Source: Callorhinchus milii
Taxonomy: Eukaryota
Length of the DNA: 64,000 bases
Assembly: GCF_018977255.1 (NCBI RefSeq)
Contig: NW_024704742.1
Span: 39,248,001 to 39,312,000 of the forward strand
Direction: 5' to 3'
Of this stretch, positions 46,465 to 61,040 are shown one piece after another. The notes beneath the pieces are model-generated. The model saw only the letters and a program-made list of their open reading frames with translations, made no database searches and was not told where the DNA came from. Positions within the stretch are counted from its first letter, which is position 1. The number at the start of each line of letters is the position of its first letter. Both the position numbers and the translations under genes were made by a program.

Positions 46465-48192
46465 CTGGCTGCAAATGTGCACACAAACACAGATATTTTA
46501 ACACAATTTTAGCAACATATAAGAAAATCAGTCATTTATAAGTAGATTTCTAGGCAATCTGCGATTAAAACCCTTGAAGCAGTTTGTTTTCTGGTCAGCT
46601 GGCTGTCCAAAACATGCAGAAACCCATCACCATGCTTAACAATGTCCAAACTAAACTGAGAATTCCACATATATGGCATCCACACCTTAAACTTTCTCTG
46701 TGTCTGCACTCTCTCCCTGTAAGGATGCACCCTGCTCACTAATTCTGGAGTGTATTAAATGCAGTTTGGTGAAAGTGAAGACTTATGAAACCCAGAGTGT
46801 GCATTGGTACTCTGCTAAAACCTCATAGCTTGCCTTTAAGAGTATTATCAGATAAGAGTACTGTATGGCAAGCTTCCTGTTCAGTTAGAACCAAACCTAC
46901 CTATTAATTTGCAGGCTTAACACAAACTCAGTGACTGTCCCTCCAAGTCCTGCAGTGCTTTGGAGAACTGTGGATACACCTGGTTCAGCAAACAGATGAC
47001 CAGAACCATCACAGAGAACTGCCTTACTTCAAACTTTCCAATGCTAAGTACTTTGGAGCCAATTTAGCTTTAAGAAGACCCAGTTTAACTCCTCCCTCCA
47101 CCCCAATAAAAAAGAATAATGAAATATACTGAAATATACCTTCAACTACTATATTCAATTTGTCTTTATTATTGTCTGTATTTGGCTAAAAGAATATGAT
47201 TTAAATACATATCTATAACACTATATGGGCAACACAATGCAGTATTTCATAAGTCTAAGACATGGCCACTATCTTTATAATAATAAAAAATACTTTCATT
47301 TGATACAGTGCCTTTTTATGTCGGGAAAAGATTTTATAGGAAAATGCAGCAGCCAATTTGTACGCAGCAATGTCCCACAAATAGCCATGAAGTCAATTAT
47401 AATAGCATTGTTGCAGAAATCAGGCCCATTTTTACCAAAGGTTCATTACAAATAAACTTAATACTTTCTTCATAAAATTGCCATACACAGTAAAAAACAT
47501 TTTTGGAATGAGACTATCTTGCAGGAAAACATACAGTAATTGCTACATTACAGGAAAACCAAACAATAATACCACACGTATGAATTGTGATGCAGTCCTG
47601 CAAAGCTTTGATCTAAATTATGCAACATGAAGCAAGCTCTATCTTGCAATACTGACTGTAGAATAAGATGTAATCCTTTAAAGGTTACACTTGAATAGTT
47701 TGACACTTCCTGTGCATCATATCAGGTGCTGTATTTTTAGATGTACTTTAGTGAGTCGTAACAAGGAAGCAATTGCCACAGGAAGGATGCTTTTTGATCG
47801 CTTTGTGGCATCTCTTTTAGAAGTTAAGATCATAAGACCACACGAGAGGTTAGAATGAAGAAGGCCCTCTGGTCAATCTGATCTTATCCTTCCAGCAACC
47901 CACCCTGGAAGAAAAATTTTGAACAGCTTGTTTTCCCATGTCTGTGGGAGATAAATACAAGAGATGCCAGAATTAAGGTAACTTTATATATTGACTTAAA
48001 TTGTAACTGTGGTTGTTTTAGTATTCTCACTAACAACAAAATATATTTCAAACAGCATTACCCTTTGCACATTTAAACCTTAAATGATATTTATGCACAA
48101 TATCTGCACAAAGCATCTGATAACCAATAACAAAGCATGATATAATTTTCCTTCTTAAAATAAACTTTATCATCCAAAGAGATGTTCATCAC

Positions 48193-48211
48193 CTTCAAAG
48201 TATAATTTCCT
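48193..48211 (-). CDS. CLNK: Probable CLNK 19-nt microexon
   Basis: tttatctttgcag|RKLYFE|gtgatg; phase 0-1 fits. Confidence 0.5.
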
Positions 48212-48669
48212 CTGCAAAGATAAAGGACATGTTGCAGAGCAACTCTTCAGTCTCCATTTATGTGAGGTGAAAAAGAATGATTGCAAATTCTTATCTTTCA
48301 AACAGGATTATTGGCACAGGATTTGTGCTTCTTTAATTCTGGTCTCTGGCTGCGCCTTGAGGTGGTGAACCTGCAATTTGTCACTCGCAGTGCAGACCTA
48401 GACTTTTAGATTCCAATATCCCTGCAATGTCCAGGTTTTGCTCATCTTATCTCATATGCGATTTGATAACACTATACATTCTATGACAATTCCTATTATT
48501 TTTCTCGATCACTGACCTCCAAATAGCAAAATATCAGACAAATTTAATCCACCCTTTTCATAGTTTTGCCAAATAAAATTGGTTACTCACTTCATGGCTG
48601 TTTGTGGGACATTACTGTGGGCAAATTGGCTGCTGCAGTCAAACAACAAATCCACAGTCACTACACTTT

Positions 48670-48880
48670 ATAATAATAATAATCCTTGCATTTGATATAG
48701 CACTTTTCACGTCTTCTAGACATCTCAAAGCGCTTCATAGAGTAGATTGTCAAGTGAATTGACTGTATATTTGTGGGAGAAAATGCGGCAGCCAATTGTA
48801 CACAGCAGTGTCCCACAAACAGTTGTGGATTGAAGTGACCAATTTATTATTGTTTTGTTTTCTTGAGGGATTATTATGAA
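48670..48880 (-). mobile_element. tRNA/Deu-SINE 3' part
   Basis: Tail and Deu core. Confidence 0.8.
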
Positions 48881-49800
48881 GCTCTTTGAGACATCCCTTG
48901 ATGTGAAAGTTGCTGTATCAAATGGAAAGATTCTTAATATTGTCAATCAGAATTTTGTTTAAAACTTGTGGAATCACTGCATTGTGCAGGTAATGATATA
49001 CTGTATTTTGTATGCACAAAACAAATATCCATCACTGCTGCATTTTGGCCAATGAAAGCAGCATTAACCGTGTCTGAAAGTGTTCTGCCACAGGCACCAC
49101 AAGGTGGGTTGTCAGCAGATCTGTAGTGTAATGGTAGCATTAGTCACGGTTCATGTCATGAAAAGTTTTTCCAAAGAAAGTGACAAATACCAGACTCAGT
49201 CATGCTTCCCATCCTAAGGCTGAACTATTCAGATTCCAGTTGCAGTAAGGTTTGACATTTTATCTAAGTAACAATGGGGTGATTTCCCACTTGTCTTTCA
49301 ACGCAGTGACATTGACAATGTTTACAGCTGAGACTTTTCCATTGGACATGAACTTCATCAATGTCACTGAAAGTCACCCACAATGAACTGTTAGCAAGCA
49401 TGTGGCCAACAGCTAAACAATGAATAGGCAAACAACATTTGAGCATCCTTTTGGAAAATAGAGGGCTCCTATGCACAAATAATAAAACAATCTGAAAATT
49501 AAAGTGAATAATGTTTACTTATCAGCTGTTGATATAATTATTGACATGAATTAATTTAATTTATCTGCAGAAACAAAAGGATTTTTTAAGCAAAGCTGTA
49601 AAAAATGGATTCATGATTTTATAAATTATTCTCCTTCACTGTCTGAAGTTACATACACTTAAGGAAACAGCTACAAGTGATACATTCCCCATTTTACTAA
49701 CTGTAGGGTCTTTTCTGCAATGTAACATTCTGCTAAGACACACTATTGAATGCTCCTGCCAGGCACATCGGTCCAGAGATGTTGGTATTTGCTACCTTAC

Positions 49801-49832
49801 ATGGACTTTTTCTTCTTTGGTCAGTCGGGTGT
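49801..49832 (-). CDS. CLNK: Probable CLNK 32-nt exon
   Basis: catgtatcag|(D)TRLTKEEKVH|gtaagg; phase 1-0. Confidence 0.45.
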
Positions 49833-51526
49833 CTGATACATGTGGAAATGCATCACCATGCTTATCACAATCCAAACCTTGACTGGGAGTTCCACAATTG
49901 CCTGGAAATTTCACTTTAGCTGGAATGGAATGCGTACTCTCTCCCTGGAGGGCTTTACCCAGCTCACTGAATTCTGGAAAGCATTAGGTGCAGGATAGCA
50001 AGAGACAAGGCTTGGGGATCTGAAATGTGCATTAGTGTGCTTGTAGAGTTCAACCAGCTAAAGCGAACACTTAATAGAGAGCAGATTGCATACCACCGAA
50101 ATTCATATGCAGTAGCTCCCCATATAACAGTCTCCATATTCAATGCTAAGCAATATTCAACCCTTTTTTATCAATTGGTAAAACCAATGCCCATCTTACA
50201 TTGTTGAAATTATTTTTAAAAATGGAGACAGTAAGATTGAGAAATTGCTCAAGAATGCTTTTGCTTAGCTGAAAAGAGTTCTGCACAAGCGCAACAAAGT
50301 TCGCTTTTAGTGTTGTTACTGAAGATGCAGTCATACAACCAGCTCTTTAAATACATTAAAAAGAGCACCCAAGACATTCAAAGCACTATTTCTGTGCACA
50401 GGCTGAAATGATTTGCAATGTCTGAATTTATTTTGCAATGGAGTGAATGGATGTCCTGTTGAGACTACTGTCAGAAGGTAGTCTTAGCAGCTGGGCTCCA
50501 ATGTGAATCACTTCTTTTTTATGTATCTCACATCTAATATGTACAGTTTTAGTAGCACTGAATCACTAAGAAAGGAACTCAGTAGAATTTCGAGCACAAA
50601 TCACCTTTTAACACCTTTTTCTGATCTTAAACAACTGAGGAACAAAAACATTGGCTGATTTATGGATGCAATAATCATGACTTGTCACAGAACCACTCAG
50701 TCAATATGAGATTTTCAGAATGAGGTTACGTGATTTAATTACCTGACAGTACTGCACCTAGTAGCATATCGTGATAATAACTTGTGTTGACATGACCTTG
50801 TCTAATAGACCTTTCAGAGTGCAGGCTGCACATTATTCCATTTTCATTCACAAATTGACCTTATTTGGATGATCGTAGGAGCACAGATACATTTTAGAAA
50901 CAACAGAATAAAACAAAATTATTTTATAATGTTTCACCAGGATTTATGGATTGCAAACATTTTCTCAATTCTGTTGGTAAATGTTGCATATAAAAGGAAG
51001 TGTCCATTTGACAATGATGTGCTGCTGTTCTAATGAAACTATTTGAAGGAAAGTTACAGCCTCTGGCAGATATTTACTCTCAACAAACTGGAAGCCAGAT
51101 GCAATGAAAACTAGACACCTTCTACGTGGATATCTTTCCTGGAGTTTGATTGATTTCAGGTTTGAGATCAATATTTATTTGATGCATAGTCATAGAAAAC
51201 TGAAAGCACTTTTCTGCTCAAGTACCTGTTAGGCAGTGCTATTATGGACAGCTTTGTCAAGTCCGGGGCAATGATGTGCACTGGTGAATTTCTAAATGTG
51301 TTCTACTGCTGTCAGAATTTTAAAAGGATGCTGTCTTCACACATGTACTGTATATAAAAGGGTTTGACAAAAGTAAATTGAAGGAATGAGACAAAAAGGG
51401 ACAGAAGAGCCATGCCAAACATTGTGCCATGATACTGTAGCAACAATTGCCTTTATGTTGCCATGATTTATGTAATTTTTTATTATAGATCAGTTCTACT
51501 TTATAATTTGGGTTAATTCCATGCAC

Positions 51527-51574
51527 CAGCTTTGGAATGCAGTGATCCAAGGGGCAGCAGATTCGAAGGTGGTT
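51527..51574 (-). CDS. CLNK: Possible CLNK 48-nt exon
   Basis: gaatag|(E)PPSNLLPLGSLHSKA|gtgcat; phase 1-1, weak donor. Confidence 0.35.
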
Positions 51575-52628
51575 CTATTCATGATAAAAAATGTGTAATT
51601 TATTGTATTCTTGCTTTAGGAGAGAGAAGAGTCAAAGGAGCTATGTGTTAATTTTGGCATAATTGAAATAAAGATGTAGTTCAATATAAACTTGAATCCA
51701 CATAACTTCTTCCTTCTACATTTACCAGGAATCTGGGTATCATATTAACAAAGTTGGAGTGGAGGTGTGGAGGGGAAGTAAGTTATCTGTAGCCATTAAT
51801 CACCTGGGACATTGGTATGAGCAGAATGTCGAATGATGTGATAATTTTGACATCCAATATTGGATTTTTGAGAAAATTGCAATTGATTAAGAATTATGTA
51901 TTGCAGATCGAACATTGAATAGTTAAATTGAAACAGTAATTGATGATGCACACTTTGATTGAATAACCTGAAATATCAAGTAAATGTTAAAGATCCCATA
52001 GCACTATTCTAAAAAAGAACAGTTTCTCCAGGTGTCACAAGATCACAAGATAAGTTTGGATGAAGAATGCCTTTGGCCTGTCGAATCCCATTCTTCCAGA
52101 ATACCCACCTTGCATTCTTCCCATTACAGCACCGAGCTAGTTTTGAAATAAATCCCATTTACTGGCCTCAACCATCTTTCGTGGCAACCTGTTCCAGTTG
52201 TTAATTACCCCTGGGTAAAGAAAAACTTCCTAGCATCTGTCCTGAAATTGCTGTTTCAAACTCCAAATCTATCTCCTAGGCCAATAATGCCCCAGACAAC
52301 AACGATAATTCACTTCCTAGCTGTGTGTGGGACATTGATGTGTGCAAATTGCCTAAAAATATCCAGTCACTACACTTTACAATAAAATCCTGTGAAGCAC
52401 TTTGAGATGTCTCAATGACATGATTAGGCACTGTATCACATGCGATGATTATTATTATACATGTAACTCTCTTCCTAATAATGGCCAATTAAATTCTGAG
52501 ATGATTTAAACAGATGCTCCCAGCAATTCAAATCATCAACTACACAGGACCTATCTGTGTTCTGGGGACCAGTCTAGTTTTTTTGTTCCACCATCCACCT
52601 TCACATAGATTTGAAGTTTTCAATGTAC

Positions 52629-52682
52629 CTTCTCTTCTCAAATAAGTAGAAGATTTTTCAGACTTAAAAGAATGTTCTCTAC
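52629..52682 (-). CDS. CLNK: Probable CLNK 54-nt exon
   Basis: atttttctcag|REHSFKSEKSSTYLRRE|gtacat; phase 1-1. Confidence 0.45.
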
Positions 52683-53071
52683 CTGAGAAAAATATGTAAT
52701 AAATTGTGTTCTTGCTTTAGGAGCGAAAAGAATCAAAATGTGTTAACTGTGGCATAATAGAAGTGAAGATGTAGTTCAATATAAGCTTGAATCCACATAA
52801 CGCCCCTTGTTTTACATTTACCAGGAATCAGTGCATACAGTTGAATAGAATGTGATCAAATAAAATTGGTTTGTGGGGGGGAGGAGGAAATCAGTGAAAC
52901 TGCTCTTCAAAAGCTCCTGTTCATATATATGTTTGGAAGCATACAATCCTTACCACTTACACTTTGATATATTGCATATAAAGTTAAGAGTAGGCTGACT
53001 ACAGGATATTGCAATAATACAGGAATCCAGATACAGTATTACTTTCAAAGTGTGAAACGAATAATACTTAC

Positions 53072-53115
53072 AAATGTTTTGGATGTCCACCGATGGTTGT
53101 TTCTTGCAGTTGGCT
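53072..53115 (-). CDS. CLNK: Possible CLNK 44-nt exon (frame unresolved)
   Basis: tttcaatttccag|...|gtaagt, strong sites; open in all three frames. Confidence 0.45.
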
Positions 53116-54272
53116 CTGGAAATTGAAACAAATTGGGCCATATAAGCAAATATAAAATTAAAATGATTTGTTAAGAGTAAATTATAAGAATGGCTTGCAG
53201 TTGTTAATCCTGACATTCTCCAATTTAAGCAGCATAGTATTGTTCCACGAACAAGGCACTTTCCCTGGAGGCTTGGGCACTCATGATAAAATGCTGACAG
53301 CTCAGAACATCTTGTACACGTTATACACCTCATTGTATAATTGAAGAAAGACACTCGAGTATATAAAATATAGCATCAAATATTTCTGAGTTGCTGAAAG
53401 GCTGGAACCAGTTCTCGGGTCCTATTGCTGAACTATAAACAAGATTATTCATGTCATCAAATATTCTTCTTCAGGATTTTCATTGCTCAGATAATTCCAC
53501 AAGACTAAATTCAAAGTAAAATAATTAATCAAATAAGGATTGAAATGTTTGACAGAGAGACACCTTATTTATCAGCTTTCTAGGCTGATATTCATTGCAG
53601 GTCCCACCTTAAGCCAAGGTCCTCTTTCCCTGCCATGTTAAAAATCCCATCATATTATTTCTAAAGAGAAACAATTTCTCCTTATGTCCTGGCCAATAAT
53701 CCTCCAGTTAGATTGATCATCCACTTCAATAGCTGTTTGCAGAACTTTATTTGCACAAATTGTTTCAACGTTTGTTTACAAATACGGTCACTACACTAGA
53801 CAATAACCGACTTTCACACCTTTCAAGTTGATAAGATGCTATAAAGATACAATCTTACTACTTTTTGCTGTTATAACCACACAGTGAAATTCCACTGTAT
53901 GAAGTATGGTCAAGAAGGACAAGAAACCTTCTCTAGGTGACCAGACTTGTTTTATAACTGGAAAGATAAGACTGTTATTTATTCCATTGTATTTTTCTAA
54001 TATATATAAATTTTATTGTAAGCATAGATTTTCCATCTTTCTGTTATTCTTTCTATTAAACGGTATCTAAAATCAATCCATAATTTACTTGTGGGTGACT
54101 TGAGACATTGCTTACAGTATAACACCGGGCAAAGAAATTAGAATGAAATAAATTTAAAATGTAAAATGAAACTTTGGAGGTAAATTAAGTTAATACATAT
54201 TGGGATGAAATTTGAAGCATTTCATAACATGTTTCTTGAGAGAAATGCAATATAAAGTGTCACAAATTTCAC

Positions 54273-54318
54273 CCTATTATTGGATCTATTTGACTTTGAT
54301 GAGTTTGGAGCAGTTTCC
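54273..54318 (-). CDS. CLNK: Possible CLNK 46-nt exon
   Basis: ttgtaaatag|ETAPNSSKSNRSNNR|gtgaaa; phase 2-0. Confidence 0.3.
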
Positions 54319-56199
54319 CTATTTACAAGGAACTCAAAACATCTGCTGACCAGCGTGGCAACACAACTATGTGGGACAACTTGTGTTAAAAAGGACATTA
54401 CGTGAATATTGGGAATGCTGATTTATTGTAAAGAAGAAACAAAGCAAAGGCAAACTGCAGGAGCAACAATGAAAACTCAGTAGAATCTGCTATCATATTC
54501 ATTAGGAGAGGAGCTGCTCTATCTATAATAATCCTTGCATTTGATATAATGGTTTATCACGTTGAGATGTCTCAAAGCGCTCAACAAATAGATACAATCC
54601 AAATGCAACAACACGACAACAACATTTATATAGAGCCGTTCAAGCTGGGCAGCGTCTTGGAGCACTGAATTACAGAATGTACTGCAGCTGAATTAAATTT
54701 TTATTTTTTAAAAATTAGGAAGTACAATTTTAAAGTTTGATTTAAAAAAAGTGTGTGTGTAATGTCTAACAATAGTTTAAAGAGGAAGGGTCCTACATTC
54801 TTTCATGTACTGCTCTGGGGGTGGAGGGCAGCATTTCATTATTTCAAACTTTAGTTGCGTATTATGTATTTTTGACATTTGGAAAGTCACTGAAAGTTTA
54901 ACGGAACTAACAATTTGCATCCATTATTCAAATTTTCGTCACAAGTCATTTGGTGAAACATACCATTTCCACAAATGCATTTTCCCTTATAATTATATAC
55001 ATGTCATAATTTTGTTTCAATAAATGTGAACTTCATCCAATTTAGTGAAACCATGTACTGAAGCAATGGTGAAGTGTCATTTCAGATGATAATCCATATC
55101 AGAATGAATCCATTAACAATTGAATGTCCTCATGATGTAGAGACTTATATAATCGGATAATTATACTGGAAACTAAATAATGTATTCAGGAAAATCAAAG
55201 CACCACATATTATATAAAAGAATGGAAATCATATTTGGAATACATGGATTGTTTTAAAGAATCTGATAAAATACATCTTTTGAACAGTAGTGTTGGATTA
55301 CTCCTTGTCGAAATGACAATGCTTAAAAATAGTGCATGAAACAGACTCCACACCAAGAATGTATATATTCAAGTTGGCAATGTTACAATGAAATCAAATC
55401 TCTTAGTCTATCAATTTATTATACTGTCTGTACCCAGTATTTGAATGCTTTTTTTTCATTTATTCCATTATATGCAATAAGTAGAGACGTACCACAAGTT
55501 TCAGAATGGAGAAGAATAAAGACTCACTGCAAAGTGCTGCAAAGACTGATAAGCGCTATGGGACACCATCCTGTGTGAGGGGTGCTGTATAAATGCAAGT
55601 TATTTGTTGGTGAAGTTGTTGTTAATACATCAATATAATATAGCCAAGGTCTGAGAATCTGGGTGCAAATGCATAGTTTGTAAGTGGAAATAGTATGTTT
55701 TCCACTGCCTACACCAGGCCAAGAGATAGTGAATCTAAAGATCGTTTGTGCCACAGGTGATATTTTGGGAATAGAATTATAACAAATAATAATAATTTGG
55801 TAACTCAATTCATGATTGTTTGTGAGACACTGCTGTGCCCTACCGTGTATCACCCTCAAAATATATAGTCAAACCACTTCATAGTAGATTCTGTGCAGCG
55901 TTTTGAGATGTCTCAATGATGTGATAAGGTGCAAATGCAAGATATCAAATGCAAGGATTATTTCTATATTATCATTATATGACTGGTACAATTTAAATTT
56001 CTGTGATGCTCCTGGTAGGCAGATGGTCCAATCATCCAGAAAAGACAGCAGATTATATCTAAACTGTTGTTTGTATTTACTGTAATTATTGATTCATAGA
56101 AACCTCATGTGTCTATTATTATTTAAGTATATGTGTGCACACATACAGTACTAACTGGCAACACTGTTAAACCTCCTGACATGTTAGGCCCAAAATAAC

Positions 56200-57570
56200 C
56201 CCGAGTGCTGTAATCCACCGTTCATCACCTCCACCGCAAGCCCCTCACATCCTCACATCTAACGCCAAGTGCGAAGAAGTCCTGGACTTTTTCATCTCAC
56301 AGATAGAAAGCATCCACCTGGCTGCCTTCTCTTCCTCCGACATGTCCTTTAGCATCTCCCCCACCCTTTCCTTCTACATCACTCTCTCTTTCCGCTATAG
56401 CTTCTACCACTGCCCCCACCTTATATTCTTTTGGGACACTGCTGTGCGCAATTGGCTGCCACATTTTCGCCCACAAATATACAGTCAATTCAATTTACAG
56501 TATATTCTGTGAAGCGCTTTAAAGACACCTAGAAGATGTGAAAAGTGCTATATCAAATGCAAAAATTATTATTTTGCCCCCATCTCTCCTTTCTCCTTCT
56601 CAACCATCATCACCCATATGAAGCCCACCACCTGCTACCTCGACTCCCTCCCCACCCAGCTGCTGGTCACTCAACTCTGACTCCTCTGGTCCTTGCTGGC
56701 AGAACACAGTCAACTGGTTCCTCTCCTCAGGCTCCATTTCACTCCCCTTCAAAACCGCTGTCATAATAATAATAATAATTGTTGCATTTGATATAGCGCT
56801 TTTCACGTCTTCTAGATGTCTCAAAGCACTTCACAGAATAGACTGTAAAGTGAATTGACTGTATATTTGTGGGCAAAACGTGGCAGCCAATTGCACACAG
56901 CATTGTCCCACAAACAGTCGTGGATTGAGTGACCAAATTGTTATTGTTTTTTGTTGAGGGATTCTTATCAGGCGTGTGGAGTAAGGAAACTTGCCCAAGG
57001 TTTTACCCTGCTGGGAATCAAACCCAGGTCTCTTGTTTGCAAAACGAGTGCTCTAACTACTGAGCTACAGGACTCTACTCCCACTCCCCTACTCAAAAAA
57101 CTCATCCTTGATCCCTCTAACCTTACAAACTACCATCCCATTTCTAACTTGCCCCTTTCCTTGCTAAAGTTCTGGAATCCGTTGTTGCAAATCAATTTTG
57201 GTCTCAACTGACCCTCCACAAGCCCCTCAAATCCAGTTTCTGCCCTGCCCACAGCACGGAGTTAGCAGTTGTCAAAGTCACAAATAAAATCCTCTTCCTC
57301 TTTGTCCTCCTGGATTTCTCCACTGTGTTCAACACAATCAATCATGCCATCCTACACTACCTCTCCTCTCCATCTCATTTGGATCGTATTTGTGTGGTTC
57401 AAGTCATACTTAACCACCATCACTTCATCTCTACGAATGATTTTTCCATGCTTTTGGTCATCTTTCCTATCCCCACCCCTCTTCAGCTCTCATCACCCCA
57501 GCCAGAGTGTGTAAGCTTTTTCCATATCCTCCCAAAGCCACTATAAAAATGTAAATTGTATTGTATCAAA
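56200..57570. mobile_element. Decayed L2 fragments interrupted by two SINEs (56422-56572 +, 56763-57075 -)
   Basis: TPLLKKLILDPSNLTNYHPISNLP (L2 RT); SINE head, core and tail. Confidence 0.75.
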
Positions 57571-57784
57571 ATAGCACTTTCTCATTTCACGATTTCTTAT
57601 ATTCTTAATGAAAATGGACTAAAGGTGAAGGTTTAAGTAACATAGAGAGACAGGCATAAGTGAACCTGTATAATCGAATTGATGAGTTCATTGGATTAGA
57701 AGTGTCATCTGTAATGCTTACTTGTACCACACAAGTACCACCGTGTGTGTAGCAATAACGGATACAGAACTGAAGCCTTTTTTT

Positions 57785-59040
57785 AATAATAATCCTTGCA
57801 TTTGATATAGTACCTTATCATATCTTCGATACTTTGTGGCAGCCAATTGCACACGAACAGTCATGGATTGAGTGCCCAAGTATTTTTTAAAAGAGATTAT
57901 TATCCCCCTCCAATCGACTAACAACAGGGTTTCTAATTACTGCTAGGTAAACAGAGGCATGTGAAGTAAGGAAACTTACTCCACACTACTCTTTTGCCTA
58001 TTGCTTTGCCCTGCCCGGGAATCATTACAATTATGGAATTATCCAGAACAGAAGGAGGCCATACGGTTAATCGTATCCGTGCCAGTTCTTTGAAAAGAGC
58101 TTCCAAATCAATCCCATTCCCCCGCTCTCTCTTCATAGCCCTGCAAACTTGTCCTCCCCAAATAAGTATCTACTTGTCTCTTAAAAGTTGTTATCGATTA
58201 TTGGCTTCCTTTCAGGCAATGCATTCCAGATATGAAAAACTTGGTGTATGAAAACATTTCTCTTCACCTCCCCTCTGTTTCTTTTAACAACTGTTTTAAA
58301 TTGGTGTCCTCGGGTTACAGACCCATGCACCAGTGGAAATAGTTTCTCCTTGTTCACCCTATCGAATCCCCTCATAATTTTGAAAACTTCTATTAAGTCT
58401 CCTCTTAACCATTTCTGCTCCAAGGAGAATAATCCTATTTTCCAGCCTCTCCTGATAACTGAAGTCCCTCATTCCTGGTACCGTCCTGGTAAATATCCTT
58501 TGCATCCTCTCCAATGCCTTGACATCCTTCCTAAAGTGTGATGCCCAGAATGAACACAGTAGTCTCGCTGAGGCCTAACCAGTGTTTTATAAAGGTTCAT
58601 CATAACTTTCTGACTTTTGTATTCTATGCCCCTATTTATGAAGCCTAGTATCCCATATGCTTTTTTAACAGCTTTATCTACCTGTCCTGCCACCTTCAAA
58701 GATTTACTTATATGAATCCATAGGTCTCTCTGTTCCTTCACCCCCTTTAAGATTTACCATCAGCTTATATTGCTTCTCCTTATTTTTCGTTCCAAAATGC
58801 ATCATTTTGCATTTCTCCACATTAAACTTCATCTGCCACGTGTCTGCCCATTTTACAAGTCTGTCTATCTCCCCTTGCAGTCTGCTACTATTCTCCTCAC
58901 TGTTTACTACATTTCCTAGCTTAGTATCATCTGCAAACTTGGAAATTGTACTCCCTATACCCAAGTCTGGGTCATTTATATCGAGCCCAGGTCCTTTAGC
59001 TTGCGAAGCCAGTGCTCTAATCAATACACTACAGGACTCC
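57785..59040 (-). mobile_element. SINE split within its B box by a CR1 3' fragment (58024-58979)
   Basis: On -: head..gggctcGAT [[35 protein letters not shown]..tail] GATtcccgggcagggc..SINE body. Confidence 0.88.
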
Positions 59041-60329
59041 ACTTTTTGTAAGTAAAACAGCCAAGTTTTTATCCCCCACTCCTTCCATCTGTATCATTCA
59101 AATTAAATGTAAGGATTATTATTTCCCTCTGCGGTGCTGCGGTTTGTGGTGTTAAAGGACTCGCCAGTGAACCAGCAACTCTGCAGAAAGCCTTCACTTG
59201 GGTTATGTTATGATCCTCTGTGCAGTGCATGACCCTACTATCTGCTTATTTGCTCTCACCCAGCCTGGACAGAGAAGAATATTCAACCTATTTTACCAAA
59301 TTAACCTTCGCACCAAAATATTAACATTTTCACAGTATAATGTGAGCCTTGAAATTATGTGACAGTTGCTTTTATTTGTTTTAGGGGTCTATTATTTAAA
59401 GAAAACACAATGAAGTCTAATATTCACATTAACATAACAACAGATTTCTACCTCCTATCTTTTGAAAAATAGCAGGTTTATCTGTAACCAAGCTTAGTAT
59501 GTTTGAGAAAGATTTTTGTGAAAATATTCAAAAATGTATTTTAAATCCTAAGAGATTATAAAATTCCTTTGGGGGTTAAATTTGTTGTGGTTCGACACTT
59601 CTAAAATGAATGAGAAAGGACAGTGAAAAATTGTAGTCATTGGAGTGTAAACCACTTTAATGCACAGTCATATAGCTTTAAATAATTGCGCAATATTTTA
59701 ATAATGTGCTGACATACCTCGGCAGTGCAACACCTTAAACTGGAGACAGCCTCGAGGTGTTGAAGATTTATTATTGCGGATAGAGACATACACGCTAGAA
59801 AAAAACATGAAATCCTTATTGTCCCACTCAGGCACCTTAGGGGTGATTCTCTGGTAGTCAGGAAATTTACAGACCTTGGGAAATCCATTATAAACTCAGA
59901 CCGCTGAGCTCTGTAAATTTATGGGCCAGCGGAGAATACCACACTCTCATCTGCCATGGACTTTAAATTTACTGATGACTGGAGAATTATCTCCTTTGTG
60001 ATAGTGCAGCACCACAGCACTCTCCAAGGCTACCTACATAGCATAGTCACCTTCTTAAAGCATGGATACATAGATCTTTGAAAAATACTACTTTGTGTGT
60101 GTTTTTGGATCAAATAGAACAATAGATTTGTCAATCAAAATAAAACTTGTTGAAAAGCAAGTGGAATAAGTAGCAAACTTAAAATAATATATAAGTATTA
60201 AATATCTGATCTCATTTCACTAAACAAAATCAGAATTACATTTCTTTGTCTAGCGGCTGGGAGAAAAATGAGGGCAAAATGTTTTGTAATCCTGTGCACT
60301 CTCTCTTTTCAGGATTTATAATGGAGGAT

Positions 60330-61040
60330 AGAGTATCTATAGCGACTATTTGTGAGACACTGCTGTTCACAATTGGCTGTCGCGTTTTTTTTGGCTGGAT
60401 TATTAGTATCGGATAGCAATCTGCCAATTGACTAACAACTGGGTTTCTACTTACTGCTAGATCAACAGAGTAGTGTGGAGTAAGGAAATGTGTCTGAAGG
60501 TTTCACCCTGCCTGGGAAATCTGGGTTCGCACCTCATGTGGTTCAAGTGACTGAGTAATGGTGTTAGAGGTTCTGCATTAAGAAGTGATGGTACCTTTCT
60601 GCCCTTCACCTTTTTGATGTCAATAGATTATTATCATGTCCAATAGTAAATATCCTTCTGGTGAATGCAAGGAAAGGTAAGTGGGATCTCCATGGGCTTG
60701 TACTATAATACTAATATTATAATCCTTGCATTTGATATAGCACCTTATCAAGTCTCTGAGATGTCTCAAAGCGCTTCACATAATATACTGTAAAGTGAAT
60801 TGACTGTATATTTTGTGGGTGAAACGTGGCAGCCAATTGCACACAGCAGTGTCTCACAAACTGTGGATTGAGTGACCAGTATTTTTTAAAGAATTTCTAA
60901 GGGAAATGAATCATGACATTTGGAACAGAAATAAATACTTACTTTAATTCCACCCACAAATATACAGTCAATTCACTTTACAGTTTATTCTGTGAAGTGC
61001 TTTGAGATGTCTAGAAGACATGAAAAGCACTATATTAAAT
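60330..61040. mobile_element. Three partial tRNA/Deu-SINE copies (60330-60530 -, 60715-60880 -, 60950-61040 +)
   Basis: Deu core and/or tail motifs. Confidence 0.75.

Noticed and set aside
49519..49564. Exon candidate with a good acceptor (tttctgcag)
   Set aside because: Stops in all three frames.
57785..59040. Second SINE-CR1 chimera
   Set aside because: The SINE resumes after the CR1 tail with GAT on both sides: ordinary nested insertion.
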